Source: Chlorobiaceae bacterium
Lineage (GTDB): Bacteria; Bacteroidota; Ignavibacteria; UBA10030; SZUA-254
Assembly (NCBI GenBank): GCA_013824245.1
Contig: PNNN01000004.1
Location: forward strand, 1,973-65,972
Length of the DNA: 64,000 nucleotides
Reading direction: 5' to 3'
Made by a program: the position numbers and the translations under genes. The notes below the pieces were generated by a model that was not told where the DNA came from, searched no databases, and worked only from the letters and a program-made list of their open reading frames with translations. Shown here one piece after another: positions 61,544 to 64,000 of the stretch; positions within the stretch are counted from its first letter, which is position 1, and the number at the start of each line of letters is the position of its first letter.

Positions 61544-62382
61544 CGTTAACAAATATCGGACAATTAAAGGAAAGCAAATCAAGTTTTGCCTTCTCTTTTT
61601 CATTTCTTCCAAGAAGAAAGCGAGAGGCACTTAAAACTGTCTATGCTTTTTGCCGCACCACCGACGACATAGTTGACAACGAAAAAGATCGATCATCCAA
61701 GATAGCTTTACTGCAAAAGTGGCGAAGCGAATTAGAAAGCGCCATCAAAGGTGAGTCAGCTTATCTGATTCTAAATCAATTGAATGTTGTCGCAAAACGA
61801 TTTCATATTCCCGTTCAACATTTCTTTGAATTGCTGAAGGGTGTTGAAATGGATTTACTCAAAAACCGGTACAGCACTTTTGAAGAGCTGAAAGATTACT
61901 GCTATCTTGTGGCTTCATCTGTGGGGTTGATGAGCTTGGGAATCTTCGGTCCGCGAAACGATAAAACAAAAGAGTATGCCGTGAATCTCGGGATCGCGCT
62001 TCAACTTACTAACATTATCCGTGACGTTGGCATTGATGCGAGTTACGGAAGAATCTATCTTCCTGCGGAAGACCTCAAAAAATTTGGATACAGCGAGGAT
62101 GATCTCTTTGCGCATCGGTATAATGAATCGTTTATAAAATTGATGGAATATGAAACGGTGCGAGCAGAAGAATACTTCAACCGGGCAAAATCGTCTTTAC
62201 CCAAAGAAGATAAGAGAGTGATGTTCGCGGCGAAAATAATGGAACGGATTTATTACCACACGCTTTTGCGGATCAAGCAAGTCGATTATAAAGTGTTCGA
62301 TTCATCAGTGCACATTCCCCGCAGCATCCAGTTTTTAATCGCTGTCAAATACTGGGTCAAACAGCGGTTGTTCGGTCTGTAG
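61528..62382 (+). CDS. hpnD: presqualene diphosphate synthase HpnD
   Basis: 284 aa. SSFAFSFSFLP...YAFCRTTDDIVDN, second Asp-rich region NIIRDVGIDA. Overlaps hpnC by 16 nt. Confidence 0.8.
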   Translation: MGSDVALTNIGQLKESKSSFAFSFSFLPRRKREALKTVYAFCRTTDDIVDNEKDRSSKIALLQKWRSELESAIKGESAYLILNQLNVVAKRFHIPVQHFFELLKGVEMDLLKNRYSTFEELKDYCYLVASSVGLMSLGIFGPRNDKTKEYAVNLGIALQLTNIIRDVGIDASYGRIYLPAEDLKKFGYSEDDLFAHRYNESFIKLMEYETVRAEEYFNRAKSSLPKEDKRVMFAAKIMERIYYHTLLRIKQVDYKVFDSSVHIPRSIQFLIAVKYWVKQRLFGL

Positions 62383-62423
62383 TTGATGACACAAAACCTG
62401 CATTTCAACAAAATAAATAAATA

Positions 62424-63770
62424 GTGTACGATTCAATTATCATTGGCGGAGGTTTAAGCGGGTTAGCTGCGGCAGTTAAACTTGCCGATGGAGGAAAAAA
62501 AATCGCTCTCTTCGAACAAGCGCCGAGATTGGGAGGAAGATGTTATTCATTCGTAGATAAAACCACAGGGGATATTGTAGACAATGGTCAACACCTTCTT
62601 GTTGGTGCTTATTATAACCTCATGGAGTATTTAGATTTAATCGGGACGAGAAATCTTCTTTCCTCGCAGCCAAGGTCTAAAGTTATTTTCTTCGAAGCAA
62701 AGAGAGGTATGTCTGCATTTTCTTTGAAGGAATTACCGAAGCCGCTCAATCTTTTGTTCGGGCTTTTCAATTATAAACATTTAAATCCAATAGATAGATT
62801 GAAATTATTGCGCATCGGGATTGAATTGTTTAATTGGGCAGCATCTACTGAGTTGAGGTTGAAGAAGTTGACTATCGATGAGTGGCTGGATCAACAAAGG
62901 CAGTCAGAAGATGCACGGAAATATTTATGGCATCCGTTAGCAATTTCTATTATGAATGAATCTCCGAAAATCGCTTCAGCTCTGCTGTTTGCGCGAGCGC
63001 TAAGAGCAACATTCCTCGGATCAAAAAATGATTCAGCAATTCTTATGCCTGCTGTCGGTCAATCCGATCTTTATTCTGAACCGGCAATACGCTTTTTAGA
63101 AAATCACAGCGCTGAAATATTTATTAACAAGCAAGTCGCATCATTATTCTTGAGAGATGGAGAGATCAAGGGTGTCAAATTGCAGGGTGGAGAAATTATA
63201 GAATCAAAATCGGTTGTGAGCGCGGTGAATAGTCATGCTTTTTCGGATATTATTCCTGAAGAATGGAAGAGAGAAAAACCGTTTTGCGATATCGAAAAAA
63301 TTCAGAGTTCACCAATTGTCTCGGTAAATCTCTGGTTCGATAACGATTTTATGGATATCGATTCAATCGGATTAATAGGTGGAAACATCCATTGGTTTTT
63401 TAATCGAAGACGGATAATCTCATCAGAAAAGAAAACGGGATACCTTTCTGGTGTTATAAGCGCGGCGCGCGATTACGTTAATCTTACAAACGAAGAAATT
63501 ACAGGATTAGCGCTGAAAGAGATTCACGGGATTTTCCCTCAAAGTAAAAAATCAAAATTGATTAACTCACTTGTTATTCGTGAGAAGCGAGCAACAATAT
63601 CGGCGACTGTGGATGCGGAGATATTAAGACCGGGAGTGGAATCTCAAATAAATAATTTTTTTATTGCAGGGGATTGGACGAATACCGGTTTGCCTGCCAC
63701 TATCGAAGGTGCAGTGTTAAGCGGTTTCAAGGCGGCGAGCAGAGTGATGTCGTTGCTATCCAACCAGTAA
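62424..63770 (+). CDS. hpnE: hydroxysqualene dehydroxylase HpnE (FAD-dependent amine-oxidase fold)
   Basis: 448 aa, GTG start. Dinucleotide fold IIIGGGLSGLAAA...LFEQAPRLGGR. Position after hpnCD. Confidence 0.8.
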   Translation: MYDSIIIGGGLSGLAAAVKLADGGKKIALFEQAPRLGGRCYSFVDKTTGDIVDNGQHLLVGAYYNLMEYLDLIGTRNLLSSQPRSKVIFFEAKRGMSAFSLKELPKPLNLLFGLFNYKHLNPIDRLKLLRIGIELFNWAASTELRLKKLTIDEWLDQQRQSEDARKYLWHPLAISIMNESPKIASALLFARALRATFLGSKNDSAILMPAVGQSDLYSEPAIRFLENHSAEIFINKQVASLFLRDGEIKGVKLQGGEIIESKSVVSAVNSHAFSDIIPEEWKREKPFCDIEKIQSSPIVSVNLWFDNDFMDIDSIGLIGGNIHWFFNRRRIISSEKKTGYLSGVISAARDYVNLTNEEITGLALKEIHGIFPQSKKSKLINSLVIREKRATISATVDAEILRPGVESQINNFFIAGDWTNTGLPATIEGAVLSGFKAASRVMSLLSNQ

Positions 63771-63962
63771 CCTGAAGATCATCCATATAAAATTTTCCAA
63801 AGGCGACAGGAGAATAAAAAGCAGCAGGGCAATACCCCATTTGTACGGAATTCTCCGTGAATCATGTACAATGATGATTGTCAAAAACGTAATCACCAAA
63901 GATAAAAAACATAATAACACGATAATCGGTGTTGGATTATTCAAAGGGATAAGTGAAAGCAA
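63756..63962 (-). CDS. small two-TM membrane protein (PLDc_N-like)
   Basis: 68 aa. KWGIALLLFILLSP pattern. Convergent with hpnE and overlaps it by 15 nt. Confidence 0.35.
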   Translation of the reverse strand: MLSLIPLNNPTPIIVLLCFLSLVITFLTIIIVHDSRRIPYKWGIALLLFILLSPLENFIWMIFRLLVG

Positions 63963-64000
63963 TATCGATTCGTCTGCGATGACGGTTGTTTTTTTATAGA

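Noticed and set aside
1-64000. CRISPR arrays, transposases/IS ends, integrases, prophage genes, toxin-antitoxin or known defence-system genes.
   Set aside because: I looked for regularly spaced direct repeats and for the corresponding protein signatures in all track ORFs. I found none. The only repeats are the short palindromes reported above.

Overview
AT-rich bacterial chromosomal segment. Gene content and order suggest the FCB group (Ignavibacteria/Bacteroidota-like); this is inference only.

**Core, about 8.4-39.8 kb, all on the + strand.** This is one uninterrupted translation/transcription super-cluster:
- tRNA-Thr/Tyr/Gly/Thr, rpmG, tRNA-Trp, secE, nusG
- rplKAJL, rpoBC, rpsL-rpsG-fusA-tuf
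- the S10, spc and alpha operons through rplQ, followed by leuS

**Left flank.**
- an edge-truncated secreted S8 peptidase
- a secreted phospholipase-D-like protein
- a beta-propeller lipoprotein
- a DUF2723/GT-C membrane protein

**Right flank.**
- a GT2 glycosyltransferase and a DAHP synthase
- a minus-strand operon: tRNA(CAU)-tilS-hpt-ftsH-polyprenol kinase-like-NDT-like-GroES-like-ygiQ
- a C69 dipeptidase and a large TPR membrane protein
- dCMP deaminase, dinB and a proline-rich secreted protein
- the hpnCDE squalene-synthesis genes

**What I did not find.** There is no CRISPR array, transposase, integrase or phage gene. There is no recognisable defence or toxin-antitoxin gene, and I cannot honestly point to a new multi-gene system.

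**Most unusual observations, all read directly from the sequence.**
1. A canonical tRNA-Gln(UUG) sits inside the spc operon between rplR and rpsE.
2. A small family of 15-bp palindromic arms (AACCTTnCGAAGGTT) occurs at the ygiQ locus. One pair lies in frame inside the ygiQ CDS. The other covers the only SD-like sequence of ygiQ.
3. An orphan, diverged copy of the ygiQ 3' end lies downstream of the gene, next to twin GC-rich hairpins.
4. tRNA-Gly has C instead of U at position 55.

All coordinates for features not in the ORF track were hand-indexed. They should be confirmed with tRNAscan-SE, Rfam and an RNA folding program.
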